Positions 32,370 to 43,400 of a DNA stretch of 64,000 bases are shown piece by piece. The notes under the pieces are model-generated. The model worked only from the letters and a program-made list of their open reading frames with translations, made no database searches and was not told the origin of the DNA. Position 1 is the first letter of the stretch, and every line of letters begins with the position of its first letter. Made by a program: the position numbers and the translations under genes. This DNA is from an uncultured Gemmatimonadaceae bacterium (GTDB lineage: Bacteria; Gemmatimonadota; Gemmatimonadetes; Gemmatimonadales; Gemmatimonadaceae): positions 1,696,001-1,760,000 of the forward strand of contig CAVXGK010000001.1 of NCBI GenBank assembly GCA_963761305.1. Direction: 5' to 3'.

Positions 32370-35072
32370 GTGAACTCGGTTCGCGACCAGCTCCAACGCT
32401 CACTCGGCACCGCGTACGTCCTCGATCGTGAGATCGGGCGCGGCGGCATGGCCACCGTCTACTTGGCGCGCGACGTCAAGCACGACCGGAGCGTCGCGCT
32501 CAAGGTCCTCGATCCCGAGCTCGGCGCCGTCCTCGGCGGCGAGCGATTCCTCAGCGAGATTCGCGTCACCGCCGGCCTGCAGCATCCAAACCTGCTGCCG
32601 CTGTTCGACTCCGGCGAAGCGGAAGGACTGCTGTTCTACGTCATGCCGTTCGTCGAAGGCGAAACCCTTCGACATCGACTAGACCGCGAAAAGCAATTGC
32701 CGGTGGAGGAAGCGGTGCGCATCGCCGCCGGTGTGGCCAACGCGCTCGACTACGCGCACCAACACGGCGTGATCCATCGGGATCTCAAGCCCGAGAACAT
32801 CCTGCTCCAACACGGGCAGCCGATGGTCGCCGACTTCGGCATCGCGTTGGCCGTCTCCAACGCCGGCGGCGCCCGCGTCACACAGACCGGATTGTCGCTC
32901 GGGACACCGCAGTACATGTCACCCGAGCAAGCGACCGGCGATCGAGTGATCGACGCCCGCACCGACATCTACTCTCTCGGCGCGGTCACCTACGAGATGC
33001 TCGCCGGCGAGGCGCCTCATAGCGGCAACAGTGCGCAGGCAATCATCGCCAAGCTCATGACGACGGAGCCGCAGCCGGTGCGCACGCTGCGGCCGAGCGT
33101 GCCGCCGAACGTCGCGATGGCGGTGGAGAAAGCGCTGGCGAAGCTGCCGGCCGACCGTTTCGGATCGGCGAAAGCGTTCGCCGACGCATTGCTCGATCCC
33201 CGTTTCGCGACCGGCACGCGCTCGGTTCCGACGGCAGCGACGCAGCGACGGCGGTTCGCCGATGTGGCGATCGGCGCCGTCGCCGCCGTCTCGATTCTCG
33301 CCGCCGGTTGGGCATGGATGCGACCCGCGTCGCCGGCGCCTTCCGCAGTGCGGCGATACAACATCGAGCTCGATTCCGCCGAGTCGCTGATTCCGACCGG
33401 GCGATGGGGTCGCGTGGCGATCTCGCCGGATGGATCCACCATCGTCTACGTCGGCGGTCCGAACAACGCCCTGATGCTGCGGCGCCGCGACGAGCTCCAT
33501 GCCAAGGAGATCCCCGGCGCGGAGGCAGCGGGCGCCCCGTTCTTTTCTCCGGACGGAAAGCGCGTCGGATTCATCCAGCATGCGTCGCGATTGATGATCG
33601 TCGCGCTCGATGGCAGCCCGCCGGTTTTCGTGACCGATTCGCTCATCGGCCTCGCCGGCCTGGCCTGGGGCCCCGACGACATGATCTACGCCGATGGCGA
33701 GGGACAGACGCCCTTGGTGCGCGTGGCGGCGCGCGCCGGCGCGAAACCGCAGTTCTTCACCGTGCTGGACACGGCGGCCGGCGAGGAGGACGAGCTCCTG
33801 CCGAGCGTCCTTCCGGACAACCGGGGCATTCTGTTCACCGCCGAGCTTCACCCCCGCGACGGCGGCGCAATTCATCACGCGATCGAGATCGCCGACCGAA
33901 GCTCCGGCGAGCACCACGTGCTCATCGACAACGCGAACTTGGCTCGGTACGCCGCGCCCGGGTACCTGGTCTACGTCACCACGGCTCGCGCGCTCATGGT
34001 CGTGCCGTTCGATCCGTCGGCGCGAAAGATCACCGGCAGCCCCGTGCTGCTGGCCAACGACATCTCGCCCGAATACGTGTCGATCGACGTCGCCGTCTCG
34101 CGGACGGGAACGCTACTATATGTCGGCGGCGGTGGCGGCGCCGCGGTCGGGCGCGACCTTGTTTGGGTCGACCGCGACGGCAGAGAACAGCGTGTCGACT
34201 CATCGTGGCACGGCGCGTTCTCCGATCCGGCGATCTCGCCTGACGGGAAGCGGCTTGCCGTCACGAGCGGCCTTTCGTTGCCGGATGTCGTTGTCGCGCG
34301 CGGTACGGCTCCCCCCGTGCTGCGCGGGGCCGGAGACATCTGGGTTCGGCGGCTCGACAACGGCGTGTTGTCCAAGCTGAGCGTCGAAGGGGGCGTCAAC
34401 CGTTTTCCAGCTTGGTCCGCCGATGGCAAGTCGGTGTTGTACTCGGGAGGCGTGAACAGCCAGACGATCCTCGAGAAGCAAGCCGACGGCGGCACACCTC
34501 CTGTCGTTCGAGTTCAGACGAATCAGTACCTCGGGGCGACTGTCGAATCGCCGGATGGGCAGTGGCTCGTGTACCAGCAAGGCGCGGGCAACGTGAACAC
34601 GCATCTGCTTGCCCGCCGCCGAGGCGACAGCGCCTCGGCGCCGCTCTTCCGCGGGACGGGTGCCACGCGGACCCCGGCCCTCTCGCCGGACGGGAAGTGG
34701 CTTGCCTATGCGTCGAACGAGACCAACGGGGAGGGAGGGACGTACGAGGTGTTCGTCGTGCCGTTTCCAAACGTCAGCGCGGCGAAATGGCAGGTCTCGC
34801 GCGACGGGGGCACCGATCCGCAATGGTCGAACCGCGGGGACGAGCTGTTTTACCGCGACAAGGATCGTTTTCTCACGTCGGTTCCCGTGTCGACGCGCCC
34901 GACGTTTTCAGCGGGAGCACCCAAGCGTCTGTTTTCGACGGCGCCATATCTTCTCGGATATGCGATCGAGCACGACGACTTGCGATTTCTCATGGTGCGA
35001 CGGACGGGCGGGGAGTCGCGAGAACAGCTGAGCGTGTTCGAGAACTGGATGCAGGCCGTGCGACCCAAGTAA
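32370..35072 (+). CDS. Hanks-type Ser/Thr protein kinase with C-terminal TolB/PD40 beta-propellers
   Basis: GRGGMATVY, VALK, HRDLKPEN, DFG, YMSPE; repeated SPDG motifs. Confidence 0.96.
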   Translation: MNSVRDQLQRSLGTAYVLDREIGRGGMATVYLARDVKHDRSVALKVLDPELGAVLGGERFLSEIRVTAGLQHPNLLPLFDSGEAEGLLFYVMPFVEGETLRHRLDREKQLPVEEAVRIAAGVANALDYAHQHGVIHRDLKPENILLQHGQPMVADFGIALAVSNAGGARVTQTGLSLGTPQYMSPEQATGDRVIDARTDIYSLGAVTYEMLAGEAPHSGNSAQAIIAKLMTTEPQPVRTLRPSVPPNVAMAVEKALAKLPADRFGSAKAFADALLDPRFATGTRSVPTAATQRRRFADVAIGAVAAVSILAAGWAWMRPASPAPSAVRRYNIELDSAESLIPTGRWGRVAISPDGSTIVYVGGPNNALMLRRRDELHAKEIPGAEAAGAPFFSPDGKRVGFIQHASRLMIVALDGSPPVFVTDSLIGLAGLAWGPDDMIYADGEGQTPLVRVAARAGAKPQFFTVLDTAAGEEDELLPSVLPDNRGILFTAELHPRDGGAIHHAIEIADRSSGEHHVLIDNANLARYAAPGYLVYVTTARALMVVPFDPSARKITGSPVLLANDISPEYVSIDVAVSRTGTLLYVGGGGGAAVGRDLVWVDRDGREQRVDSSWHGAFSDPAISPDGKRLAVTSGLSLPDVVVARGTAPPVLRGAGDIWVRRLDNGVLSKLSVEGGVNRFPAWSADGKSVLYSGGVNSQTILEKQADGGTPPVVRVQTNQYLGATVESPDGQWLVYQQGAGNVNTHLLARRRGDSASAPLFRGTGATRTPALSPDGKWLAYASNETNGEGGTYEVFVVPFPNVSAAKWQVSRDGGTDPQWSNRGDELFYRDKDRFLTSVPVSTRPTFSAGAPKRLFSTAPYLLGYAIEHDDLRFLMVRRTGGESREQLSVFENWMQAVRPK

Positions 35073-35128
35073 GGAGCGCTGAGGTTCCGCGGCTACACCA
35101 GGCTCGTCCGAGGTGCGCCGCCTATAGT

Positions 35129-35477
35129 CCGGGGCTCGGGGTGGGACTGTCCTCCGCGGACCGCTCGCAGTATTGCCGATACTGCCGGCAATACTGCAAC
35201 GGCTCCGCTCCGGACAGCCCCACCCGCTCGCCCACTCGAATCGCCGAACGACAGACTGCGAGCGCGCGTTGCCCGCGCATCGCGCTCACCGGCGCGCGCG
35301 TGACACCGCGACCGCGGGCCGGCGCGCACGCGGGCGCACCAGCGGAGCGTCGCGCGCACACGGAGGCAGCGCCCGAGACGGCCCGGGGTCTGGAGCGCGA
35401 GCCGTTGCAGTATTGCCGGCAGTATCGGCAATACTGCGAGCGGTCGCGCGGAACGACCCGGGCGGCTCGGACGCGTG
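35129..35477. repeat. Fold-back repeat family B, copy 3
   Basis: Near-identical arms to copies 1 and 2, same orientation. Confidence 0.93.
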
Positions 35478-35556
35478 ATCGCCGGCTCGGCGCGTGACCG
35501 CCGGCTCCAGCGGGCGATCCTAACGGTCCTCCGCCACCGCTCGTATCCTTAGCAAC

Positions 35557-38500
35557 ATGAGCATCTTCCCGTCACTCACGCAGCGCCGCATCGGCGCCCG
35601 CGCCGCGGCCATCACCGCCGCCGCGCTCATTGCCCTCGTCGCTCCGTCACTCCGGGCCCAGGCGTCCGTGAACGAGACGCGCGACCCGAATCAGCGCCAG
35701 GATCCCGAGTTCGCCACGTTCTACAAGGCATGGACGCACCACGGGAGTCCGCTCGTCGATCACCTCCCGGTCGTCTCAGGCGTCCCCTCGCCGAAGCAGT
35801 TCTTCGGCTACTACATCGGCGCGCCGGCCAAGCTCACGTACTACGACAAGATCGTCGCGTACTACCGAGCGCTCGCCAAGGCGACGCCGAGGGTCAAAGT
35901 CGAGACGATCGGCCGGTCGGACGAAGGACGCGAACTCGTCGTCGTGTGGGTGTCGTCGGACGAGAACATCAAGCATCTCGCTCAGAACCGCGCGAACCTC
36001 GGCAAGCTGGCCGATCCGCGCGGGCTCGCGGATCCTCAAGTTCGTGAGCTGATCGCCACGACGAAGCCGAACTACCATTTCCTCGGCTGTCTGCACTCGG
36101 GTGAGACCGGTCCGTGCGAGATGCTCATGGAGCTCGTCTATCGCCTCGCCACCGAGACGTCGCCGCTCATCACGCAGATCCGGAACAACGTGATCGTGTC
36201 GGTATCGCCGGCCGCCGAACCTGACGGACGCGATCGCAACGTCGACTGGTTCTATCATGGCCTGGACATGAAGGCGCAGTTCGGCGCGGCCGACTCGGTC
36301 GCGGCGTTGGACAGCGCGCGCGCCGACAGTTCGCGCGCGAATCGCGCCGCTCCCGGAGCGCCGGCCGGAGCGGGAGCGCCAACGGGTGCAGCGCCGCCAG
36401 GTGGTGGACGGGGCGGTCGTGGCGGGGGCGGACGGCGGGGGTCGTGGAGGCGCGCCGGCCGGCGCTGACTGACACGGCGGGCGCCGGTCGTGGCGGTCCA
36501 CCGGCCGGTGGCGGCGGCGGGCGCGGTGGAAATCTCGAGGGCGGCCTGCCGTACTGGGGCAAGTACGTCTTTCACGACAACAATCGCGACATCAACCTCT
36601 CGCAGTTGGAGATGCGCGCGATCACCGATTGGTACTTCACGGCGCATCCGCCGATCATCCACGATCTGCACGAAGCGCAAGCGCTGCTGTACACCTTCAG
36701 CGGCGGTCCGCCGCAGAACCCGAACCTCGACCCGATTCTCTTCACCGAGCTGCCGTTCTTCGCGAATTACGAGCTCGAGCAGATGACGAAGTACGGGATG
36801 CCCGGCGTGTACACGTACGCGTTCATGGACGGGTGGTCGCCAGGCTACCTGGGTTCCGTGGCGTACAATCACAACGGCATGATGAAGATGTACGAAACCC
36901 AGTCCGGTCGCGACATCCCTGCCGACTCGATGGCCGACAGCATCATGTACGCGACGCCGCGCGGTCGGGGCGGTGCGTTCGGCGGAGCAGGCGCCGGCGG
37001 ATTCGGCGGCCGAGCGACGATTCCGACCGGCAAGGGCGGCAGCCAGGACCGCGAGTGGTATCGCGGGCTCGCTTTGCCGCCGAACGGCGTCGGGACGTTC
37101 ACCCGCCGCGACAACACAAACTACATGGAAACGGGCGTCCTGTCGGCACTCCAGCTGACGTCCATGTTTCCGCAGATGGTATTGCAGAACTTTTATCTCA
37201 AGACAAAGCACTCGCTCGACGATGGCTCGGCCAAGGCACCGTACGCGTTCGTGCTTCCGGCAGCGCCGGACATGACGAAGCCGGCCACACTCATCAACGT
37301 CCTTCGCGCGCAGGGCATCGAGGTCGGCACACTCAAGAACGTCGCGGTCGCCGGCAAGGACACCTTCCCGGCCGGCTCGTACGTGATCAAGCTGAACCAA
37401 CCGTACGGACGCCTGGCCAAGAATCTTCTCGAGAAACAGGTCTTCCCCGACCCCGCGCTCACCACGTACGACGACAGCGGCTGGTCGATGGGCTGGGCGT
37501 TCGGCGTCGCCGTGAAGCAGGTCGACGACAAGTCGATCCTCGACGCGGCCGTGACACCGGTGAACGTCGCCGTCGTAAAAGGCACCGTGGCCGGCAGCGG
37601 CGCCGCCGGACTCGCCGTCGCCCACCTCGGCTCCAACAACATGATCGCCTTCCGCTTTTTGCTGAAGAGCGTCGCGATGAAGGTGGCCGAGGCGCCGTTC
37701 TCGGCGGAGGGTGTGAAGTTCCCGGCGGGTTCGTTCATCGTCACCGGATCGCCGGCCGACCTCTCCGCGGCCAAGCACGCTGTCGACTCGCTTGGTCTCA
37801 CCGCCGCGGCGCTGTCCGCGCTACCGACCGTGGCCACGCACGACGCCAACGTGCCGCGCGTCGCCGTCTACTCGCAGTGGAGCGGTACCCAGGAGTTGGG
37901 CTGGTATCGCTTCACGTTCGACGAGTTCCACGTTCCCTACGACCTGATCTTCAAGGAGCGCGTCGAGCAGGGGAATCTCAAGAAGGATTACGACGTCATC
38001 GTGATGGCGGCGCAGAACGTCAATCGCGCCGCTGTATTCGCCAAGAAGGCAGCGCATCCGCAGCCCTACGCCCAGAGCGACAAGTACAAGTTCCTCGGCA
38101 TGTACGGCTCGACGCCCGACATGAGCGGCGGCTTCGGCCAGCCGGGGGTCGACGCGATCAATGCGTTCCTCGACGCCGGCGGCACGCTCATTACCGCCGT
38201 TCAGTCGGCGCGCTACCCGATCGAGTTCGGACTCGCCCGGTCCGTCGACACGGAGAATCCGGCGGGCGTCACGGCCCAGAAGCCGCTCGTGATGGCGAAG
38301 ATCACGCGCACCGACAGCCCCATCTTCTACGGCTACGCCAGCGACACGATTCCGATCAAGTTCGGCCAGGGCTCGCAGTTGTTCCACGTTGGCGTCGCCG
38401 ACTCCGCCAACGTGCTGGCCGAGTATGTAGGCGGCGACGCGTCAGTGTTGAGCGGATTGATGACGGGCGCCGACAACCTCCGCAACCGCGCCTTCGCCAT

Positions 38501-38684
38501 CGACATCCCGAAGGCGTACGACGGTCACGGCCGGGTGCTGATGTTCGCCAACAATCCTGTCTATCGGTGGCAGAATCATGGGGAGTTCAACATGATCTTC
38601 AACGCGATCGTGAACTGGGATGATCCTACGCCGGCGAAGAATGAAGGGAGCGCGACGCAGGCTGGGAGAGCGGTGCGGCCGTAG
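35557..38684 (+). CDS. Secreted M14-family zinc carboxypeptidase-like protein (frameshift in the Gly-rich linker near 36440)
   Basis: IGRSDEGR, LHSGE, EPDG, HDNNRD and HDLHE motifs across two ORFs. Confidence 0.88.
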
Positions 38685-38721
38685 TCTCACGGCCGCAGTG
38701 TCGGACGGCGCTGAGCATTTC

Positions 38722-38890
38722 CTCACAGCTCTTGCTCATAGCTCCTGCTCACAGCTCATGCTCGAGGCTAGGCTCGCCCCCCGTGTCCGAGAAGTCGGCC
38801 ATGAGGGTTCCCAGGTGGCTATTCGGGCATCTCGGATCATCGGCCCGAGCTTAGCCATGAGCCAAGAAGCTTGAGCATGAGCCGTGAGCC
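38722..38890. repeat. Inverted clusters of short GCTCA(C/T)A-type / TGAGC-type repeats between convergent genes
   Basis: CTCACAGCTCTTGCTCATAGCTCCTGCTCACAGCTCATGCTC .. ATGAGCCAAGAAGCTTGAGCATGAGCCGTGAGC. Confidence 0.6.
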
Positions 38891-38923
38891 TTCGGCCTTC
38901 GGCCGCGGCTGCTGCGGACGCGA

Positions 38924-40972
38924 TTACGGGATGTTGCTTCCGCCGAGGGCGTTGTTCGTGAAGACGTTTCCGGCGGACGCCACCGGCGTCGGAGTGACTG
39001 CGCCGCTCAGCTCCACGAACAGGCCCCACCCTGCCCCATCATGAACATTAGAGTTCGTGAGTTTGAGCGTTGCGCCGCTGAAGACGTCGATCGTCGCCGC
39101 GCGGGCGGGTCCAGGAGCTCCGCCGCCGTACGCGACCTCGGTGAACGTCAGTTCGTTCGCGGAGCTTGCCGTCTGAAAGACTAGACCCTGCCAGTATCCT
39201 GGCGTCGACTGCTGGCCCAAGAACCGAATGCGAGACGTGGACGTCCCGATCGCCGTGAGCGTCCCCGACATGATTGTCCAGCCCCCGCCGGCCGCGACGA
39301 GAATCGTGGTTCCCGGCACCAACGTAAGTCTTCCGGAGATGGTCGTCTGTCCGTTGGTGCGGATCGGGATACTCGTAATGCTCCACGTCTGGTTGGTCGA
39401 CACACCGAACGCGGTGGCGTCGACGTAGGCGGCGCCGTTCCCGGTGGCATAGTCCGACCCGGCGTCGAGAGAGCCGACGAGTTGGTCGGTCACGCGGACG
39501 CCGGCATCCACGTTGTTGCGGAAAGTGTTCGCCGAGAACCCCGGGAGAGTCGCCAACGCGGTGGCGTAGAGCCCGACGCCGGCGCTCTGCTCCAGAACCG
39601 AATTGTCGAGCTGGAGTGAAGCGGAATTTCCGACTGAAACGTCGGCGAGATTGCTGCCCGTCCCACCGCCGCCGTACGAGACGCTGGCGAAGCTCAAGCG
39701 ATTAGAAGGATTGTTCGTCAGAATACTCAAGCCGCGCCAAAATCCGCGTTGTTGTTTTTCGGCTGAGAATTGAATTCGGTTTGTCGCTGTCCCCACTGCG
39801 GACAGGCTTCCTCCCGTCGCGACGGTCATTCCCGCATCCGCGCCAAACTGGACGTTCGCGCCGGCCGCGATGCCAAGGTCCGCCGAGACATTCACTTGCC
39901 CGGTGAGGTGAATGGGCGTCGTCGTCACAAACCACGTCTGAGGCGTGGAGACGCCGAATGCGAACGCGTCGATGAACTGGATTCCGTTTCCGGTCGAGTA
40001 GCTCGACGCATTGTCGAGTGTTCCGAGCAAACGATCGGGCAGGTGAATCCCGGCACCGGTGTTGTTCCGCATCGTGTCCGCGCTGAACGGTCCGAGGGCG
40101 GCGAGGGTGTCGAGATACAGGCCGAGAGCCCCGCTCTGTTCGAGAACCGAGTGCGACAGGTTGAGTTGCGGGGTGCCGATGACGGCCACGTCTGCCGCGT
40201 GCGCGGTTCCATCGCCGCCGCCATACGAGACGGTTGTGTAACTCAGGTCGTTCGCGACGTCGTTCGCGAAGAAGCTTATTCCCTTCCAGTAGCCGCGCAC
40301 GGTCTGGTCGCCGGTGAGGCGAATGCCCGCCGTCGGTGTCCCGAAGGCGCCGATGCTTCCACCGTTGGCGACCGTCAGCCCGGCGCCTGCCGCGAACGAG
40401 ACAACGGTTCCCGGCATGATTGTCAGTCGTCCCCTCACGTTGATCGCGGCGGTGACGTGAAAGTGCACGCAACCAACGGTGCCTGCGGCCCACGTCGTCG
40501 GATTGTCGATGTCTTGCGCGACAGTCGTCGGCGCTGGGCACGCCGTGGGTGTCGTCAAACTCGCGACGTTGGAATAGGCGCTCGTGCCGGCGCTTCCGAC
40601 GGCACGAACTCTATAGTTGTAGAGTGTGTTCGCCGCCAAGGCGGTGTCGCTGTACGTGGTCGCGCCGGGCGCTGTCGTGGCAAGGAGGTTGAACGTGCCA
40701 CTTCCGCCGCTGCTCCGTTCGACCTGGAACCCGGTCTCATTTGAAGAATTGCGAGTCCAGGTAAGCGTGACCGAAGACGCGGATGTCGACGTCGCCGCGA
40801 GCCCGGTCGGCGCCGCGGGGATTGTCGGTGCCGGTGTCGTCGAGGTCGTGTCGGGCGGGGTTGTAGTCCGAGTCGCGTCGGAGCTACCGCCGCAGGCCGA
40901 GACGCAGACAATCCACAGACCCAACGTGGCGCAGCTGAGGGAGCGTAACAGGGCGGGTTTGGAGCGGTGCAT
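38924..40972 (-). CDS. Lipoprotein with a fibronectin type III domain and repeated beta-helix-like modules
   Basis: VSA-C lipobox; APTGL..LTW..ETGFQVERS..YNYRVRA; three repeats of GYW/GFW.G...N.L...VSYGGG. Confidence 0.85.
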   Translation of the reverse strand: MHRSKPALLRSLSCATLGLWIVCVSACGGSSDATRTTTPPDTTSTTPAPTIPAAPTGLAATSTSASSVTLTWTRNSSNETGFQVERSSGGSGTFNLLATTAPGATTYSDTALAANTLYNYRVRAVGSAGTSAYSNVASLTTPTACPAPTTVAQDIDNPTTWAAGTVGCVHFHVTAAINVRGRLTIMPGTVVSFAAGAGLTVANGGSIGAFGTPTAGIRLTGDQTVRGYWKGISFFANDVANDLSYTTVSYGGGDGTAHAADVAVIGTPQLNLSHSVLEQSGALGLYLDTLAALGPFSADTMRNNTGAGIHLPDRLLGTLDNASSYSTGNGIQFIDAFAFGVSTPQTWFVTTTPIHLTGQVNVSADLGIAAGANVQFGADAGMTVATGGSLSAVGTATNRIQFSAEKQQRGFWRGLSILTNNPSNRLSFASVSYGGGGTGSNLADVSVGNSASLQLDNSVLEQSAGVGLYATALATLPGFSANTFRNNVDAGVRVTDQLVGSLDAGSDYATGNGAAYVDATAFGVSTNQTWSITSIPIRTNGQTTISGRLTLVPGTTILVAAGGGWTIMSGTLTAIGTSTSRIRFLGQQSTPGYWQGLVFQTASSANELTFTEVAYGGGAPGPARAATIDVFSGATLKLTNSNVHDGAGWGLFVELSGAVTPTPVASAGNVFTNNALGGSNIP

Positions 40973-41187
40973 CGGTTCTCAGGGGGGCGGTTCGGTAGTG
41001 GCGGGTCGGCGGGCCTAGCAGTACGACGCGCGAGCGCCCGCAACCGTCAACTGCTCCCATGAGGGCATAACGTGGTTGGCGGGCATCTCGGATGTTTGCG
41101 CGAGCTCAGCCTAGAGCAGGAAGCTCGAGCAGGAGCCGTCAGCCGGCGGTGCCGAACGGCGCTGAGGCGCGTTTGACAACGTCCCGC

Positions 41188-41772
41188 TCAGCCCAGTGGC
41201 GCGCCGTCGGCAACCGATGCGAAGAATGCTCCCACGTCGAGCTCGAACGCTGTCGGCGCGCCACTCGGTGACCACGTGAGCGTGCCGTCGACGAGGGCCG
41301 GGCGCTCGTCCGCCGAATGCCAAATCTCGAACACCGCCGCGTCCGCGTCGACGATCCAGTACTCCGGTAGGGCATTGCGCTGAAACGCTCGACGCTTCGT
41401 GATCCGGTCGTGGCGCGATGATCCGGGAGAGAGCACTTCGCAAATGAGCAGCGGGTCGGCTCGATCAGCGTCGGCAGGTGGTCGTCGTCCCTCGACAGCC
41501 GGGAGCACGAACAGATCCGGCTCGTAGCGTTCACCGGTGACGAGCGGCAGCTCGCCCGGGCCGAGCACGATTTCACCGAGCTTGTGGCGAGTGAGGTACG
41601 GCGCCAGCAGCAGTGCGAGTTGCAGAATGATCCGCTGATGCCGCACGCTGGGCGCCGGCGTCACGAGCAGCTCCCCGCCCACGAGCTCGTACCGCGGCGT
41701 AAGACCCGGACGCTCGTCGATGAGCTGATCGACTTCCGCTCGCGTCCAGCGATGCTGGCGTACCGCTGACAT
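41188..41772 (-). CDS. Uma2-family endonuclease
   Basis: RYELVGGEL..PAPSVRHQ, EPDLFV, EVLSPGS..DRITKR, EYWIVD. Confidence 0.93.
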   Translation of the reverse strand: MSAVRQHRWTRAEVDQLIDERPGLTPRYELVGGELLVTPAPSVRHQRIILQLALLLAPYLTRHKLGEIVLGPGELPLVTGERYEPDLFVLPAVEGRRPPADADRADPLLICEVLSPGSSRHDRITKRRAFQRNALPEYWIVDADAAVFEIWHSADERPALVDGTLTWSPSGAPTAFELDVGAFFASVADGAPLG

Positions 41773-41891
41773 GGCCACAATCTGCTCGGCGATCGAATCC
41801 GTCCGCAACTCGGCACGCAACAACATGACGATGCGCTTGATCCTGACCGCCTAGGACGACCGCCGCTCGCCGCGACGTCCCTTGCGCCGCC

Positions 41892-43310
41892 TCACTCCTT
41901 CGCGCGCCTCGAGGCTGGATGCGCATCGTTCACCCAGATCGTCGTGTCGACGAGACGTCCAAGCTCCGGATCGTCGGCCCGCGACTCGAATTCGATGCGG
42001 AGTCCCAAGCGCGTTGGTTGCCGTCGCCCGTTGGTCGCCGGAATTCCAACCTCCGGGCTCGGCGCGGGTGATTGTGTGGTCGGCGGCTCCGCCGTGCGCG
42101 GTTCGGTCGTGGGAACGTCGGTTGCCGGCGCGTTAGGCTCCACGGTCGGCACGGCGAACATGTCGATGGCGGCCGGATCGGCTTCGGGAACACGCGCGCG
42201 TCCAACGCGGAGCTTGTGCGGCCCGCCCGCCACTCGCTTCACAAGCATCGCCAGCAGCGGAAACTCGTCGGCGAGACCGGCGAGCACCGACTCCATGTCG
42301 CGCTCGATGGGACGCGCCACGCGACGATGCTGCGGGAGATCGCCGCGCTCGGCGTCACCCCACTGCGCGAGCTGCGCGCTCACGGCTTCCTGCATCGCCT
42401 TGCGATAGGCGAGGAAGCTGGCGCCGCGCGGTCCGCTGCGCAGAAAATCGGCCTTGTTCAACGTCAGCGACGCCGCCAGATCCGGCGCTTCGATCAACCC
42501 GCTCACCCGGTCGGCGACCGCCGGCATCATGCCCAGCCAATCCCAACCGCGCTTGATCACCTTTCCAAAAGTGCTGATGGCGACACCGCGCCGGTCCTCC
42601 GCGAGCGGCTCATCGAAGCGCAGCAGATAGCCGGTGGCCGACGGCTTGCGCTTGCCCGCCAGTCGCACGGCGATCGGCGCGACCTCGCGCTCGTCGCGTT
42701 CACGCACGCCGGCGAGCGCGAGGTCGCTTTCATTGATCTCGAACCGTATGCCGTTCGGGTAGTGCACGCGCAGCAGGTCGTCGAAGAACGGATCGAGCAG
42801 CGGCTCGAAGTGGCGGCGAACGGCCGCCTCGAGAAATCCGGAATCGATGAGTGGGGAGAGCGCGTTGCTCAGGCGAAGCCGCACCGCCGTGCCCCGCTCG
42901 GCGACCAGACCCGCCGGCGGCGTCCAGTGCCACGGCGCGCGCCGCCGCGTGGTGAGCATCCACGTCGTACTGATGTGCTCCTTGCCGCGGCGCGATTCGG
43001 TGATGACCTCGTCGCTCACCAGCAGCCCGAGTTTGATCCCGACGCCGGCGAATCCGATGCCCTGTCCACGCGTCTTGGTGCTCGCCCCGAGATCGTGGAA
43101 CCGTCGCAGGTCGGCTCGGCGCATGCCTCGGCCGTCGTCGATGACCGTGAGTGCCTGCGCGCTCAGGTCGGTCACCAACCGAACGCGCGTCGCGCCCGAA
43201 TCGAGCGCGTTGGCGATGACTTCGGTGAGAATCGTCTCGTGCAAGTCGCCGGGATATGCGTCGGCGAGATCTTGAAGCAGGTGAAGCAGGTCGACTCGCG
43301 TCTCACCCAT
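41892..43310 (-). CDS. GHKL (HATPase_c, MORC/MutL-like) ATP-binding protein; C-terminus possibly truncated
   Basis: EVIANALDS, DDGRGM and GIGFAGVGIK Bergerat-fold motifs. Confidence 0.85.
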   Translation of the reverse strand: MGETRVDLLHLLQDLADAYPGDLHETILTEVIANALDSGATRVRLVTDLSAQALTVIDDGRGMRRADLRRFHDLGASTKTRGQGIGFAGVGIKLGLLVSDEVITESRRGKEHISTTWMLTTRRRAPWHWTPPAGLVAERGTAVRLRLSNALSPLIDSGFLEAAVRRHFEPLLDPFFDDLLRVHYPNGIRFEINESDLALAGVRERDEREVAPIAVRLAGKRKPSATGYLLRFDEPLAEDRRGVAISTFGKVIKRGWDWLGMMPAVADRVSGLIEAPDLAASLTLNKADFLRSGPRGASFLAYRKAMQEAVSAQLAQWGDAERGDLPQHRRVARPIERDMESVLAGLADEFPLLAMLVKRVAGGPHKLRVGRARVPEADPAAIDMFAVPTVEPNAPATDVPTTEPRTAEPPTTQSPAPSPEVGIPATNGRRQPTRLGLRIEFESRADDPELGRLVDTTIWVNDAHPASRRAKE

Positions 43311-43366
43311 GAGAGGCCGACCTGTCGGCGACGTGCATAGAAAAGCAGGACTTCCTATCCATGCCC

Positions 43367-43392
43367 TGCCAGATGTGTATAGAAATCTGGCA
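43367..43392. promoter_or_regulatory. Inverted repeat between the fic 3' end and the ATPase start (terminator or operator)
   Basis: TGCCAGAT-N10-ATCTGGCA. Confidence 0.4.
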
Positions 43393-43400
43393 TTTCGGAG

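Noticed and set aside
36255..38623. Long alternative-frame and antisense ORFs (507 aa, 664 aa) and similar ones throughout the window
   Set aside because: Arg/Ala/Gly-rich shadow ORFs expected in high-GC DNA, overlapping well-supported genes.
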